From positions 1 through 64,000 of the forward strand of contig JAAPAO010000030.1 in the NCBI GenBank assembly GCA_013115145.1: DNA of 64,000 nucleotides. Direction: 5' to 3'. Numbering within the stretch: position 1 is the stretch's first letter; each line of letters opens with the position of its first letter. The notes below the pieces were generated by a model, which was not told the origin of the DNA, searched no databases, and saw only the letters and a program-made list of their open reading frames with translations. This document shows, in pieces, positions 33,528-45,957 of the stretch. Origin of the DNA: Perkinsus chesapeaki ATCC PRA-425 (Eukaryota > Protista > Perkinsozoa). The translations under genes were made by a program, and so were the position numbers.

Positions 33528-36041
33528 ATGAAGCCACACTGGTACAATTGTAATGGTCGTTGCCCTATTAAATGCAACCCTTGGGTCTATTGGATTCTTA
33601 CTACTGTATGTGCCATCATATCCATAGTAGCTATTGTATTTGCTATCTTGGTTAAGACCACTTATGAAGGCCAGTATATTGATGGTGTCAATGATATGAG
33701 GTTTATTGATAATACCTATCAGACGACCGATTGTTCTAATATGTTCGTTGGTGATGCTACTTGCTCCGGACTGGCTTATCAAGCCTGGCTTATGAACTCT
33801 ACAGAGGCACGAGATACGTGTCTTTCTTCTCAATCACCTTCGAACTCTGCGGTGGCTGCCTCATCTGGTTGGTGCGATGCATCGCAGGATGGATGCGAGA
33901 AGCCTAATATGTGTCTGAAGGGTATGCCACATGACTTTTATGCCTTCAACGTAACCAATCCGGCTGAGATCCTCAGGGATGGTGCCAAACCAGTTGTGCA
34001 GGAATTGCGTCCTGTACACGGCGCTCAGACCTACGATCGTATAGAGGCATCGGTTGATGTTGATAAATGGAATAATGAAGGTATAGCTCATTGGAATGAG
34101 AGCAACACCTTCGTATTCGCTGATAAAGATGAGACCGATCTACTACAACAGAAGATTGTTGTTCCTAATCTTGCCTTGCTAAGTACTGTTACCCAGATGG
34201 GTCAGACTGTTAACACCATCGATATGCTGCAGATGCTTGGCACCTGTGGTACCTATCAAGAGTTGGCCAAGACCGTTATGGGTATGATGAAGCTTGCCCC
34301 GGCTATGATATCAAATCTTATTACGTCCAAGTTTGGTAGCATCCAGGCAGCAATCCAAGCCCAGTACTTCAACGCCGGTCTCACACGTTTGATTGATGAT
34401 GGTGAGATCAACATGCAGGCTATGGGCTCGAAGTTGTCACCCCTGGTCGGTGGTATGGACGTATCCAGTATGCTGCCTCCAGCAAGTATGGCCATTGATT
34501 ACTTCGCCTATGCATTCGGTTGTGTGGCTAAACAGGACGTTAATCATAGTTGCAAGTTCAATCCTGATAGCCAGGCCGATGTAGATCTGGAACAGAAGAT
34601 TAATGGTACCTTCTCTGAGACGTCTAAAAACAAGATATTCAACTTCATCATGAACACCAACTTCACCGATACTACTGGTGCTATAGTGTCTCTGAAGATG
34701 TTGGAGATGACTTTAAAGCCATCAGAGATACAGGCCTGGCAGGAGCAGTTGAACTATGCTGGTTCTTATGGTCTGTCTAACTACGACACTATGAGGCACA
34801 CGCTATTCCCATATACCGATCCTTCCAACGCGCAGTATAATGCTGATTATGAGTACTACCCCAGGTTTATTAAGATGACAGTGGCACAACTACTTGGTTG
34901 GGACAACGAGGCCTTTATGGATAAGTTCAGTGGTCAACCAGTGTCTATGGGTGTAGCTAAGCCTGTTATTAATGGTGCACCTACTGAACAGTATCGTAGC
35001 AGTACTATACCAGACCAGAAGGGTCTCAACTACTATATAATGTATAATGGTCAAACACAGAACTGTGCTTTCGATCCGGATTGTATGGCACAAGATTCCT
35101 TTAAAAAGGATGGTACATGTACAGCTAATGATGTATGTACTCCTAACTATGCTGCTGGTTGGGATGCTAAATTTATACCGGGTACGTTAAATGGTAAAGG
35201 AACTGATGAATATCATAAAAAGGATGCCACAGCCAAACTATTTGTTGGACAGATATTCTCAGCTGCAACACTTAAGAACATCGAGACCGACGCTGACTGG
35301 GACGGTGCGAAGGTCGATAAGTGGACCCTGTCCGATATCGATTTCCGTAACGAGAATTGTGATGGTTCCGACCCCAACAACTCCAAAGGCATCGACTGTG
35401 ATTCTCCTTATCTCAGCTTCAACCTTGGATACTTTGCCTCGCCTGACCCAGCCTCCATCAAGGTCCCCGTTTATGCTTCCTTACCACACTTTGATATCGT
35501 TAACGGTTCGTCATCGAGATCTCAGAACTACTATCCTGGTGACCGGGTTGACATCAAGTCGTGCAGTGGTGATCCCGACTGTGAGGGCGACCGTGACTTC
35601 CGTATCAACGTTTGGACCGAGCCTATCTCCGGTACTTTTGTCAATGGTCAGCAGAAGCTTCAAATGAACGTGAGATTCCCTCCGACTGCGAATGGCAACA
35701 CCGGCGAGATGACCCAGGACTGCCTGATACCGGCCTTCTGGCTCAACAAGCATCAAGAGGCCTTCCCTTTCCAGTTGGATACAGTGAAGGTTATGCAAGC
35801 GGCTCCCGGCATGTTCAATGGTTTGATGGGCGGTCTCATCGCCATCGCCGTTATCTTTGCCATTGCCGCTGTTATTCTCGGTTGGCTTGGTTGGGAAAGA
35901 CGCCGACAAGTTAAATATGGCGAGAAAGAATTGATGGCGAAGGGCTCTATTGACCAAGAAGCGTCCCCCCAAACCAGCGCGGCACCTGAGCAACCCCAGG
36001 CGGAGCCTCAAGTGGGAGGAGAAGCTTCTAGTACTTACTAA
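33528..36041 (+). CDS. Oversized CD36/SR-B/LIMP-2-family scavenger receptor, copy 2 (intronless, 837 aa)
   Basis: Colinear paralog of 30383-32803 with the same motifs and a longer cytosolic tail. Confidence 0.85.
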   Translation: MKPHWYNCNGRCPIKCNPWVYWILTTVCAIISIVAIVFAILVKTTYEGQYIDGVNDMRFIDNTYQTTDCSNMFVGDATCSGLAYQAWLMNSTEARDTCLSSQSPSNSAVAASSGWCDASQDGCEKPNMCLKGMPHDFYAFNVTNPAEILRDGAKPVVQELRPVHGAQTYDRIEASVDVDKWNNEGIAHWNESNTFVFADKDETDLLQQKIVVPNLALLSTVTQMGQTVNTIDMLQMLGTCGTYQELAKTVMGMMKLAPAMISNLITSKFGSIQAAIQAQYFNAGLTRLIDDGEINMQAMGSKLSPLVGGMDVSSMLPPASMAIDYFAYAFGCVAKQDVNHSCKFNPDSQADVDLEQKINGTFSETSKNKIFNFIMNTNFTDTTGAIVSLKMLEMTLKPSEIQAWQEQLNYAGSYGLSNYDTMRHTLFPYTDPSNAQYNADYEYYPRFIKMTVAQLLGWDNEAFMDKFSGQPVSMGVAKPVINGAPTEQYRSSTIPDQKGLNYYIMYNGQTQNCAFDPDCMAQDSFKKDGTCTANDVCTPNYAAGWDAKFIPGTLNGKGTDEYHKKDATAKLFVGQIFSAATLKNIETDADWDGAKVDKWTLSDIDFRNENCDGSDPNNSKGIDCDSPYLSFNLGYFASPDPASIKVPVYASLPHFDIVNGSSSRSQNYYPGDRVDIKSCSGDPDCEGDRDFRINVWTEPISGTFVNGQQKLQMNVRFPPTANGNTGEMTQDCLIPAFWLNKHQEAFPFQLDTVKVMQAAPGMFNGLMGGLIAIAVIFAIAAVILGWLGWERRRQVKYGEKELMAKGSIDQEASPQTSAAPEQPQAEPQVGGEASSTY

Positions 36042-37046
36042 TTGATTACATTCCTTTATTCCCAACCTCATGATGACTACCTGTATATGTCGCCATTGAA
36101 AGGCGGGTTTGATAGCCGTGGCTCGATTATTCCTTTTCTTGTAGATCTCGGATAGCTACGGATATTTTGACTTATTGTTAGGCGATAGCTGCTGAACGTT
36201 ATCCTTCGCGATGAGTTTGTTGGCTATACGCTATTACTACTTGTCTTTGTGCTCTGCTAAAGGTGCAAGAGCATTACCACCTTGTAACAAATAGGATAAT
36301 ACATTACTATCTACCGACCGTTCCAACTATATTGTCCCAGACTCGGACGTCGCTCAGCATTAGCAGCATCAGCAGCAATGTCCTATATCCCCCATTTGAA
36401 AGGTGTTTGGTGGTGTTACTGTGCTGCATTACTGTGTCTGTGCGTATGTCTGGTTGTTCTTGTCACAAATACTTACTTAATCGAGTTTCTCGGTCTTTGC
36501 AAAGTGACTTGTGCATATAGTTACCCCACACTCGTCGGAGATGTGTGGCGCTATATAAATCGTTCGAGCAATTGCCTGCGACTAATTTGACAAGTGAACA
36601 GCTTGAAAACTCTTACATACAGGTGGATGGGCTTTTGTGCACGTTGATGAACATTTTCAAATCCCTTAGAGGTGATACCTTAACTTCTGTGTTGCAACTC
36701 AACTGAGTATCTCACGACGGTGGGAAGCCGTTCCCTCAACTCCGGTGAATACCGGCTACATGCTAAAGAAAAGCGTTTGACTAGCATACAACGTTTACAT
36801 GGTTCGCTTATGGACACTCTCGGTGTACTACACGTGGCCTGCAGAAAGTGAGGGTATTCACGTTTCGTTGTTTTACCCGTCTCTTGGATTTAACGGTTGT
36901 CGAGGAAAGTATCGTACGAGACACAGTACTACTTCGATAAGAGCTCTTTGCGTGACATCACTGTAAGGCCTTGAGTAGGCTACGTGCCGCATATTCGGGA
37001 GCTCCAGTGAGAACGTGAAGTTCAATGACAGCTCACTTGATCGATA

Positions 37047-39133
37047 ATGATTAGTGAAGTTGTCGACAATACCTCCGGGACCACCATGTTTGATGAGAAT
37101 CAGTTCCCTCTCTCCCATTGTGAAGCAGAGCACTTGGTCACGACTATCAAACTAGGTTGGCCACCGACCGACATCACCGGGATTGCCGCCGATCAGGGCC
37201 ATCTGCATGGGGCCTAGAGGAGATAGGCTCATCCAGGTGGTTAGAGAATCATGCCGTGTTGGAGAGGCTGAACAAGGAGGCGCACGCCCAAGCTGTGGAC
37301 GGCACTGATGAGTTTGTCAAGGACATCTTCGTGCGAGAGGACCGCATCAAAGATTTGATTGGTGAGAAGCTCCCTGTTATCTCCAGCTATGGTGAGCAGG
37401 TGAACTGATCCTCATATGGACGTGGAAGTCGAGGGTGTATCCTTTGATATCATCCAAGCTATCTAAGCTGTCGTCCCTACGCAACTACGTCCCTCTCTAC
37501 CACGAAGCAACTGTTGTGAACCTTATCGAGGTCTCTCTACCATCCATGTCGCATGCTGTACACCTTACTGTGATACTAGGTTCTGTTGTTCCATCAGGAT
37601 GGAGTGGAGGCAGCTGGGGACACAACAGTCGATCTGGTTGGTCTCTGGCAATTGCATCGTCTCTCTACGCCTCTTGACAGGTTGACTACTGCGCATCCAA
37701 GTTGGCAAGCCTTCTACAGCTGCACACCAAGCTAGCTGAACAGTACCAGCAGCTACCCTAGGAGAGTCCTACCTCTCTTGCAGGTCGAAGAAGCTATCAT
37801 TGGAGTCTCCAGATGACCGCCGCCAGCGCTTGATATCACAGAGTGATGAGGACGTGCTCGAGAGCCAGTATGATGAGATTGAGTTTCAGGTTGGCTGTGC
37901 CAGTTGCCTGTTTACCGGTCGACTTTCTTGTCAGGTTTGCATGTGTGCCTTATCTATCGTTCGTTTCCTCTGCGAACATCGAGCCCACTGCCCGCTGACC
38001 CTTACCACGCGGCTACTCGAGACCCATGATTTGCTCATGACCCTCGTCCCTCTACTGGAGGTGACACGAGGAGCGCCCCGTGGACCATTCATCTTATTGC
38101 GCTTCTCCAGGCAGCTCCTTGGATTAGGAAGACTCCTACTGGGCAGTTGGAGAAGTTCGAAGAGCATCAGTGGAGACCACTTCATGGTGGCTCTGGTCCA
38201 GTAAGGATGCCCAAGGCCCAGGTTGGTCTGGCGACCAATGTACTGGTCTGAGCATGGCCCTTGTCAGGGTCAGGTGTGGTTGTCTATCTATCAGCTACTT
38301 ATGGATCCCGTATGTCGGCAGCAGTATTCTCTCCAGTCTCAATGCCGCGTTGACAACCTTCTGAGGTGTGCCGGCCCCCGTTATATAGATACAGTTCTTT
38401 TTATCAGAATGAGAAGGTATCTGAATGAGGCTGTCTTCGAGGAGCTGCCATTCCTATCTGTATTGTTGAGAGCACTCGAGGAGCTTGCAATCTCTGGTAA
38501 CTGTGACTGATCTTTTTACCTGCATCTTAGCAGCGTCCCTTGTCGACTGATCAGGGCAGATGGTCGCGGGTGTTGGGGACAATTCCAGCGGTCCCTTCGG
38601 TGGCCTGTCTATGTCCTCTGGTGCGGCCAACGCTTTTAGTGTGGAGCTCGTGGCTGAGATCATTGAAAGTTTAAAGACGAAGTACAGGGGAAAGTAAAGA
38701 TGCTTCCTCGTCGAGTTGCACATTGTCGGCCACGCCCTCAGGTGGAAGGAGACCGCCGAGAGGCAGCTGGCGGCTATGGTGGCCGCTGACAAGAACGATG
38801 GCCCAGAAGATTTGAAGAAGTTATCTAAAATGGTCTCTATTCCCGATGAATGGCGATTGGCGATTGAAGAAAATTCAGGCGACCTGCAGGTGACCGAGTA
38901 GCTCAACTCCCGCTCGGAATGTCCGTCTTAGACACCGAAGTGCCCGCAGTGCGGCAAGGATGCAGATCAACGCTGCACTCGCTGCAAAAGGGAATTCTAC
39001 TGCTCAAGGGAATGTCAGGTATATTTGAAGGCTGTTGACCTTGACGATCATGTCTTAGGTTGCTCACTGGCGAGTGCATCGCGAACGTTGTCAGGAAGCA
39101 CCAATCTCGGAGGCTACGTGTGCTGGGTCATAG
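37047..39133 (+). CDS. ZMYND10: ZMYND10/BLU (axonemal dynein assembly factor), spliced
   Basis: EIGSSRWLENHAVLERLNKEAH; LYHEATVVNLIE; LVDYC; GQVWLSIYQLL; MYND finger CPQCGKDADQRCTRCKREFYCSRECQVAHWRVH. Confidence 0.88.
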
Positions 39134-39882
39134 TGGACCATGTTGCCCATGTTTTGTTTTCCGACGTTGTAAAGTGTTGAGTGCTATGTTCACTGTGTCA
39201 CTGCCGATGTTTTAACCATCTTAGATCATCAGCCCGTCGTTCGCGGCAAAGGTGGGCTCATTGGGACTTCGAGAACGATTCCCAATACACCCTATCCTCC
39301 AGCAAACGACCTTGGCTCGATTTCTCATGACCGAAGCCTCAAAGCATTGAGTATAATTATTATTAAAGGTCTGAGAATCCTTCGTGTATTATCTGTTGCA
39401 CGAGTTATGGTGCCTGATGATCTCGCGCGATTTTGAGCACTTACACTTGACACCGGCATTTGAAATGAGCCACCATAGCCGATACCTTACAGAATTTGCC
39501 TATACTTCATCCCACGGTGCTCTCGGCACATTTGGTTTCAAGTGTCATCCACCAAGCAACATCTTGCTACTTGGTTGTGCGCCACGGTGCGTGCTGGACG
39601 ACTGTCCAGTGGAGCGCTCATTTCACTTGAATCCGTTGTGGCCCTTTAAAAATGGGTACCTTTGATCAGCAGCTATGCGATGTCCACCTATGGGTCTAGT
39701 GGGAGCATCGTATCACGTCAAGTGTGATACTAGTAACGTGGTTATATTGTGTACCTTAATGCGTCTGCGTGCAAGATAATCGATTGGGGCGAGCGCAAGA
39801 TACAATGGTTGTTGATCCGGTGCATGAACCACTCCATCCTCTAACAACCACTCCATTTCAGGGGTTTTATCTAGTCTCGAAT

Positions 39883-41514
39883 ATGTCTCGCATCCCTCCA
39901 TCTACCGAAGCTGCCGAATTCGCCTCTGATGTGGCCGAGATCAAACAATGGTGGCAATCCGATCGTTGGTCCGGCAAGCGCCGTCTCTACTCTGCTGAGG
40001 ACGTTGCTCGCCTTCGTGGCCAGAAGGCTGGTCGTACTAAGTACCCAGCTGACAACATGAGCAAGAAGCTGTGGGCCTCTTTCAAGGATGCCCAACGTAC
40101 TGGTGGTTTCCTCCCTACCTTTGGGGCTTTGGATCCCGTACAAGTGACCCAGATGGCCAAGTATTTGAAGACCATCTATGTCTCTGGTTGGCAAAGCTCA
40201 TCCACCGCTTCTACCTCCAACGAGCCTGGTCCTGACTTCGCCGATTACCCGTCCAACACTGTGCCCAACAAGGTTGATCAACTATTCCGTGCCCAAGTCT
40301 TTCATGACCAGAAGCAGCATCAGGAGAGATTTGGTATGACCGAAGCTGAGCGTCAGGCTAACCCTGCCGTTGATCACTTCGCTCCTATCATTGCCGATGG
40401 CGATACTGGTCACGGTGGTCTGACTGCTGTCATGAGGCTTATGAAGATGATGGTCGAGAGGGGCGCTGCCGGTGTACATCTGGAGGACCAGAAGCCTGGA
40501 ACCAAGAAGTGCGGCCATATGGGTGGTAAGGTTTTGGTATCTACCAGAGAGCATATTGATCGTCTCGTGGCCGCCAGGTTGATGACCGACGTTCTCGGCA
40601 CTGAGACTATCATAGTTGCCCGTACTGATGCCGAGGCCGCCACTTTATTGGATACTAACATCGACCCAAGAGATCATAGCTTTATTGTCGGTGCTTCTAA
40701 CCCTGCCGTCAAGGAATCCCTTCAAGCCACGGTTGATGCTGCTGTCCGTCGTGGTGCATCTCCTCAGGAAATTGCCAAGCTCGAGACTGACTGGGTTATG
40801 AATGCTCAGTTGACTACTTTCCCTGACTTGGTGTCGAGCAAGCTGAAGGCAATGGGCAAGCCTGTTGCTGAGTGGGAAGAGAAGAGTATGTTCATGGGCA
40901 TCGATGAGATGCGTACCGAGGCTAAGAGGTTGCTCGGCACTGTACCATTCTGGTGCTGGGATCTTCCTCGCACTAGAGAGGGTTATTACCGCATCAAGTG
41001 CGGTACCCGCATGTGCATCAGCCGCGGTATCGCCTTCGCTCCGTATTGCGATATCCTCTGGATGGAGTCGAAGAAGCCTGTCTACGCCCAATGCGTCGAA
41101 TTCGCTAGTGCAGTTAAGAAGGTCCATGGCGACAAGATTTTGCTTGGTTACAACTTGTCCCCTAGTTTCAACTGGGATGCTGCGGGCATGACTGATTCTC
41201 AAATTGCTTCATTCCAGAAGGATATCGGCAAGCTTGGTTATGTGTGGCAGTTCATCACTTTAGCTGGTTTCCATCTTTCTGGTCTCCACAGCGATGTTTT
41301 CGCCAAGAACTATGCTGATGAGAACATGCTCGCCTATGTTAGAGATGTTCAGAGGGCTGAACGTGCTAATAAGGTTGAGCTGCTGACCCATCAGCGATGG
41401 AGCGGTGCTGATTTCATGGATGCTATGGTTGGTCTTGCCACTGGCGGTTCTAGCTCGACAGCAAGCCAAGGCTCTGAGTCTACCGAGAGGCAGTTCGGAA
41501 AGTCAAAGATGTAA
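39883..41514 (+). CDS. ICL1: Isocitrate lyase (long eukaryote-type), intronless, 543 aa
   Basis: [33 protein letters not shown] and YNLSPSFNW motifs; C-terminal SKM. Confidence 0.97.
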   Translation: MSRIPPSTEAAEFASDVAEIKQWWQSDRWSGKRRLYSAEDVARLRGQKAGRTKYPADNMSKKLWASFKDAQRTGGFLPTFGALDPVQVTQMAKYLKTIYVSGWQSSSTASTSNEPGPDFADYPSNTVPNKVDQLFRAQVFHDQKQHQERFGMTEAERQANPAVDHFAPIIADGDTGHGGLTAVMRLMKMMVERGAAGVHLEDQKPGTKKCGHMGGKVLVSTREHIDRLVAARLMTDVLGTETIIVARTDAEAATLLDTNIDPRDHSFIVGASNPAVKESLQATVDAAVRRGASPQEIAKLETDWVMNAQLTTFPDLVSSKLKAMGKPVAEWEEKSMFMGIDEMRTEAKRLLGTVPFWCWDLPRTREGYYRIKCGTRMCISRGIAFAPYCDILWMESKKPVYAQCVEFASAVKKVHGDKILLGYNLSPSFNWDAAGMTDSQIASFQKDIGKLGYVWQFITLAGFHLSGLHSDVFAKNYADENMLAYVRDVQRAERANKVELLTHQRWSGADFMDAMVGLATGGSSSTASQGSESTERQFGKSKM

Positions 41515-41942
41515 CGTATTGTTACTCTTCCGTTAGATTTGTTGGAAATTTATATTATCTCAAATGTCAGTAGATGGTTGAAGTTGGATGTGATAAATGT
41601 TACCTCATTTTTCAATGTAGTACACTAATGTTGTGTTTATATGTAGTAATAATGCATTCTCCAAGTATAGACAGATATTGTCTATACTCAAAAGAGATCA
41701 TACACCTAATCATCTTCTGTCTGTGTGGACCGCATTTAATCCATGCACCATCCATTGGTGTGAATCAATCGCTTCTTTGCCTGAAGCAACTGTGAGGAAT
41801 CCGAACAAAGCCAGCCAATAACACGAGATAATGTCTCGACAGATACTGAGTGCACTTCCGAGTTGTGGGAGATATCGAGATTGTCAAAGACCACGTGAAG
41901 GTGGGTCTTATGACTCAAAAGGATATGTGAAGAAAGCTTTAT

Positions 41943-44114
41943 CTAAACACGCCCACTGAGGGTACGCGGACAAGGACATTTCTTATACTTGACAAACACA
42001 AAATGAAGAACGTGGAAATGAAGTAACATAAGTTGTACACTAATTCAATCACTCTTGATCTTTGGCTTATCCACCTCGACCCATTTAGTCGCTTTGCGAA
42101 CACCGTTGCTCAAAAGACGCGAATCGGGAATTGGTCCGCTGCTGCCCATATAGCGTGCATGGAGGACCTGTGGCAGGATTCATTGCAACGTATGTGGCAT
42201 GAAGCCCACTTGTTTAGTAGCAATGAGCTGTCTTAGTATGACGTGAATGGGAGACCATTTGGGAACATGACAAGGGCTCAGCATTCGCTTCAAGTCTTCG
42301 TTCACGATGTCGGCAACTAACCTCCTTCGAGAAGGGTTTAGGAGCTTGCCAACGGGGCTCTGAGGGAGGCCTACGCTCAACGGCCACACATGTGGCATAC
42401 ATCGGCAATGTTGGTATAGGCAAACATAGAACACGCTTCTCGTAGGGCATCAAGGCACTTGGTCATATCAGGACCGTTACAGCTCAGAATCCGCTTCCTG
42501 AGGGGCACCATATGCTGCCGCATCCAAGTGAGGTTCTGACAAGCGAACGATGATAAGCGCGAGAAATGTTAGCCTACCTCGACTGTGCTACGCCTTTCGT
42601 CCTTCATCAACTCCACTAGTTGCTGTGTTATCAGTATAACGAAGCCAGGGAGCGGGGGACGGTGCTATCCACGCCATGAGTATTGGACGTCAGCGTTGGG
42701 CTCACCTCTGAATACCTTGGGGCCTTCTCCCGTATTATGCCCAATGCAGTGGCTATGTCCCCAGAGACTATGGCTTCCCTCACACCTGAAACGGTCTGGG
42801 TAGCATCAACATCGAGGACACCGATCCGTACGTGATCGGTCTTCAACATGTTGTTGCAGCTCATGCAACCGATCTGTGGACCACGTCAGCTGTGCTAGGA
42901 CAGGCTCTTCATCTACAGTAGGAAATGAATAGGGCCCACAGAACCGAATAACATCTGTACGGTAAGTAGCCAAGCCTGCTGAGGGAATGCCGTTTACACT
43001 AGCTGGAGGGGATGGAGGCTCCTTGCCGGACGTGGCCATCCTGGGCGACCGCGATGTCGAGATCTCCTTGTCGAATCTGAAAGCAGTATATTGTTGTTAC
43101 TGTCGTTTCACAAGATGTTTGCCTACTTTTGAAGTGTCCTATAGTAACCCCTATCCAATAGGAATGCCCTTATTAAAATGTCACTTTCACTTAAGCCTCC
43201 TTCCTCTAACCCTTTTGTGATGTCATCTTCATATGACTCGATGGCCGAGGTCTGCCTATCAAGTGTTTGTACGTTAAAATGGTGAAGGTCGAAAGCAAAC
43301 GGACTCGTCCCTAAAAGAGCCGCCAAGCTATTCTTTGAGACGGAGAGGATCAGCATGACCCACCGAAGTTGACCACAACTCTTGCTCCGGGAGAGTGGAG
43401 GCTTACTGTTGGGTAAAACCTAACTGGCGGCGACGATCGAGGGATTTTCCCTCCTGATGGTGCCAGCAACTTGCCGTTCCTGAGACCGCAACGTTATCCT
43501 ACAGCGGTCGGCGATGGGGAACGTCTGACTTAGTATACCGGACGACTCCCAATGCGTAGTCGAGCAGGCAGCCCACCGTGTCCCCCTTCGAGAAGGTCGG
43601 ACCGAAGCTCTCCCCACTAGTGCTGTTGAAGTACCGTCGGCCATCATCACCTCGATAGCCGTAGGAGCTAAGATGGCAGCTGTGAGGCTTGGTTCATGAG
43701 GCAGGCCTACTGGGCTTCCCATCCGGGTTGCCGGTTGAGGAGGAACCCAGAGGTAGTAAGGCCTATGGTAATGGCCCCCACTAGGCCTGGGTCAAGGACG
43801 GTGATCTCAAAATAGTAGGCAAAGTCCGTGAGTGGGACTGCGTTATCTGTCTGTATAGCCGCAACATCTGCGTGAGAGGCCCTGATGACCAGAAGTAGTG
43901 CGACAGAAGTAGGCTTAGCGGAGTAGGCCTACCTGCCGATGTAGGAGGCCACCAGCCCATCACAGCTGATGTCGACCAGTTGACCGTCTGAGTTCTCGTC
44001 GGCAATATCAAGTACGAGCTTGGACGGCCGCTGCTCTGTTGCCAAGGGCCGTGCCCCGATCATGATGTACTCCATGTCTCGGTCACCATCTTGTATGCTT
44101 ATAGTGGAAGCCAT
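41943..44114 (-). CDS. RanBP9/10 (RanBPM/GID1)-like SPRY-LisH-CTLH-CRA protein, spliced
   Basis: YYFEITVL; SYGYRGDDGRRY..FGPTFSKGDTVGC (SPRY); LIRAFLLDRGYYRT (LisH); VREAIVSGDIATAL (CTLH); FAYTNIADSPVGKLLNPSRRRLVADIVN (CRA). Confidence 0.85.
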
Positions 44115-44379
44115 GAAGGGATATAAAAACAATACAACAAAGGAGGAGGGTATACCACTCGGGTCAAACAGCAGGGCCACTACGTTAGCTCCCCATGGGC
44201 TAAGTCAGTGAGCATGTAGAAGGAATCTGTGCGGAATGGATCACACCATAGCCTATATACAGTGAAACACGATTTAGGGCCCACTCCTCGAGGTCGTAGT
44301 GGGGCCCGAGAAGTTGAGGATTGCAAATCACGTGATGGTATTGAACAACACTGTGCTGGACATGCTAACAGAAACCATG

Positions 44380-45595
44380 TCATGACTCTCGAAACAGTAA
44401 TAGATCTAGAATTGACTGGACCAGCTCATCGGCGTACAGTAGGGCCTCCTGAGGGTCCTCGAATGCAAATGGTGGGCATATAACGATAACATCATGATCG
44501 GGCCTCTTCACTAGCCTACAGCACAACGGTAGCAGCCGGGACGGGACTTCGTCGTGGAGGACCTGAAGAGCCGGGAGACACTTTCCAACAGAAGACAGCT
44601 TCGGTTCTACCTCTATGGCTATCCAGGCTCCTCGACCATGGACGTCAACAACAACTCTTGATCGACCAAGTAGTTCGTTCCAAAGCCTGTTGTGGATGTA
44701 GCCGCCGATGTATGCAGATGAAGTAGGGAGGCTGATGCCACCATGGAGGAGGTACCTTAAACCGTGTATCTGAGGATCATTTCCGGGGAGTAGACTAGTC
44801 GGTCGATACCTCACGATTGAGAATGTCAAATGTTGGAGGTGGATCGGAGTCAGAGGCTGAATCACTGTAATCATGGTTGATGATACCAGCGACGATACCG
44901 GAGTCTGGACCATAGAGAGAAGGGAGTAAAGCAGCATCCCAGGTAAGATTCTTGAGGAAGAACTCAATCGACCAGAGCTGTGGCCTAGCACCAGCGACAC
45001 GACCGAAGCCTCCCTGACAGTAATAATAAGGTCTGGAATAGACCCGGCCACGAGAGCCACCGTGCGGGCTTACAATGGTTTCATCCCAAATGACTTTGGT
45101 TTCTGGGCGAACGCCCCTTGCATGACTGATGGCTGCCTCCACGAAGGTAGTATACTCGCAGCTGGCCAGTCTGTCCCCCGGCTCGGACAAGGGGCCCAGG
45201 AGGAGCACGCCAGGGCGCTCTTTCGTGATGGCTTCTTGAACAAAGTCGAAGACTCGTTCCTCGTCGGTTGGGTCCTGAGGGTACTGATAAGGACCATGGC
45301 CAAATCTAGCCACGCCATCACTCCACTCGGACGGGAACAGGCTCTCCAAGACCTCAGCCTTGCTTCGCCCAATCGTTACTGAGGCATCGGCTTCGACCCC
45401 TGGGAAGGCCAAGTCTGGCCCTAAGAGGAGATCGGCGTAGATCTGGTGGAGTTCATCGACATCTTCAGTCAGGCAGGAAGATGTTGAGAAAGATGGCAGA
45501 GGGCACGTGGCGCCGAACGAAGAGCTCATCAGAGGGTTGATTACCGAGGTAGACAGAGATCGCCTGGCTAAGGTAGAGAAGGGGAGGAGGGGCAT
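44380..45595 (-). CDS. Degenerate class-III PLP aminotransferase-like protein (one 40-nt intron, about 390 aa)
   Basis: VIWDET (ADE motif), VVDVHGRGAWIAIE and DVIVICPPFAFE (small-domain motifs); mitochondrial-type N-terminus. Confidence 0.55.
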
Positions 45596-45957
45596 GGGTG
45601 GCCAGACAAGGCCTGCTGGAGGAAACGGCTGTGTATTGCGGGGTAACTCGGGACGGCATATTTAGTGACAACGCAATAGGATACAGACATACGGCATGGG
45701 ATTGTGTGAGGGTGTGATACGAGATGAGAGGAGTATGCAGTACGGAGCGCCCAAGCAATAGCCATCTGCTGCCATACAACGGCATCATCAAGCAGAAGCA
45801 AGGTGTCAACCCTCCTCTGGTGATGAGCCCCCCTTCAACAGTAGTCCAATCCCCCATCACTAATCAACTCAACAATATGGAAGTGACGTAGAAACACTAA
45901 AGAATGCTGCCAACTTAATAGTACAGGGAGGAGTGAGGATAACCATCATAATCAAAG

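Noticed and set aside
30356-36071. Antisense ORFs over the CD36 genes (also over ICL, Sen1 and the KH tails)
   Set aside because: Shadow frames of long or low-complexity coding sequence.
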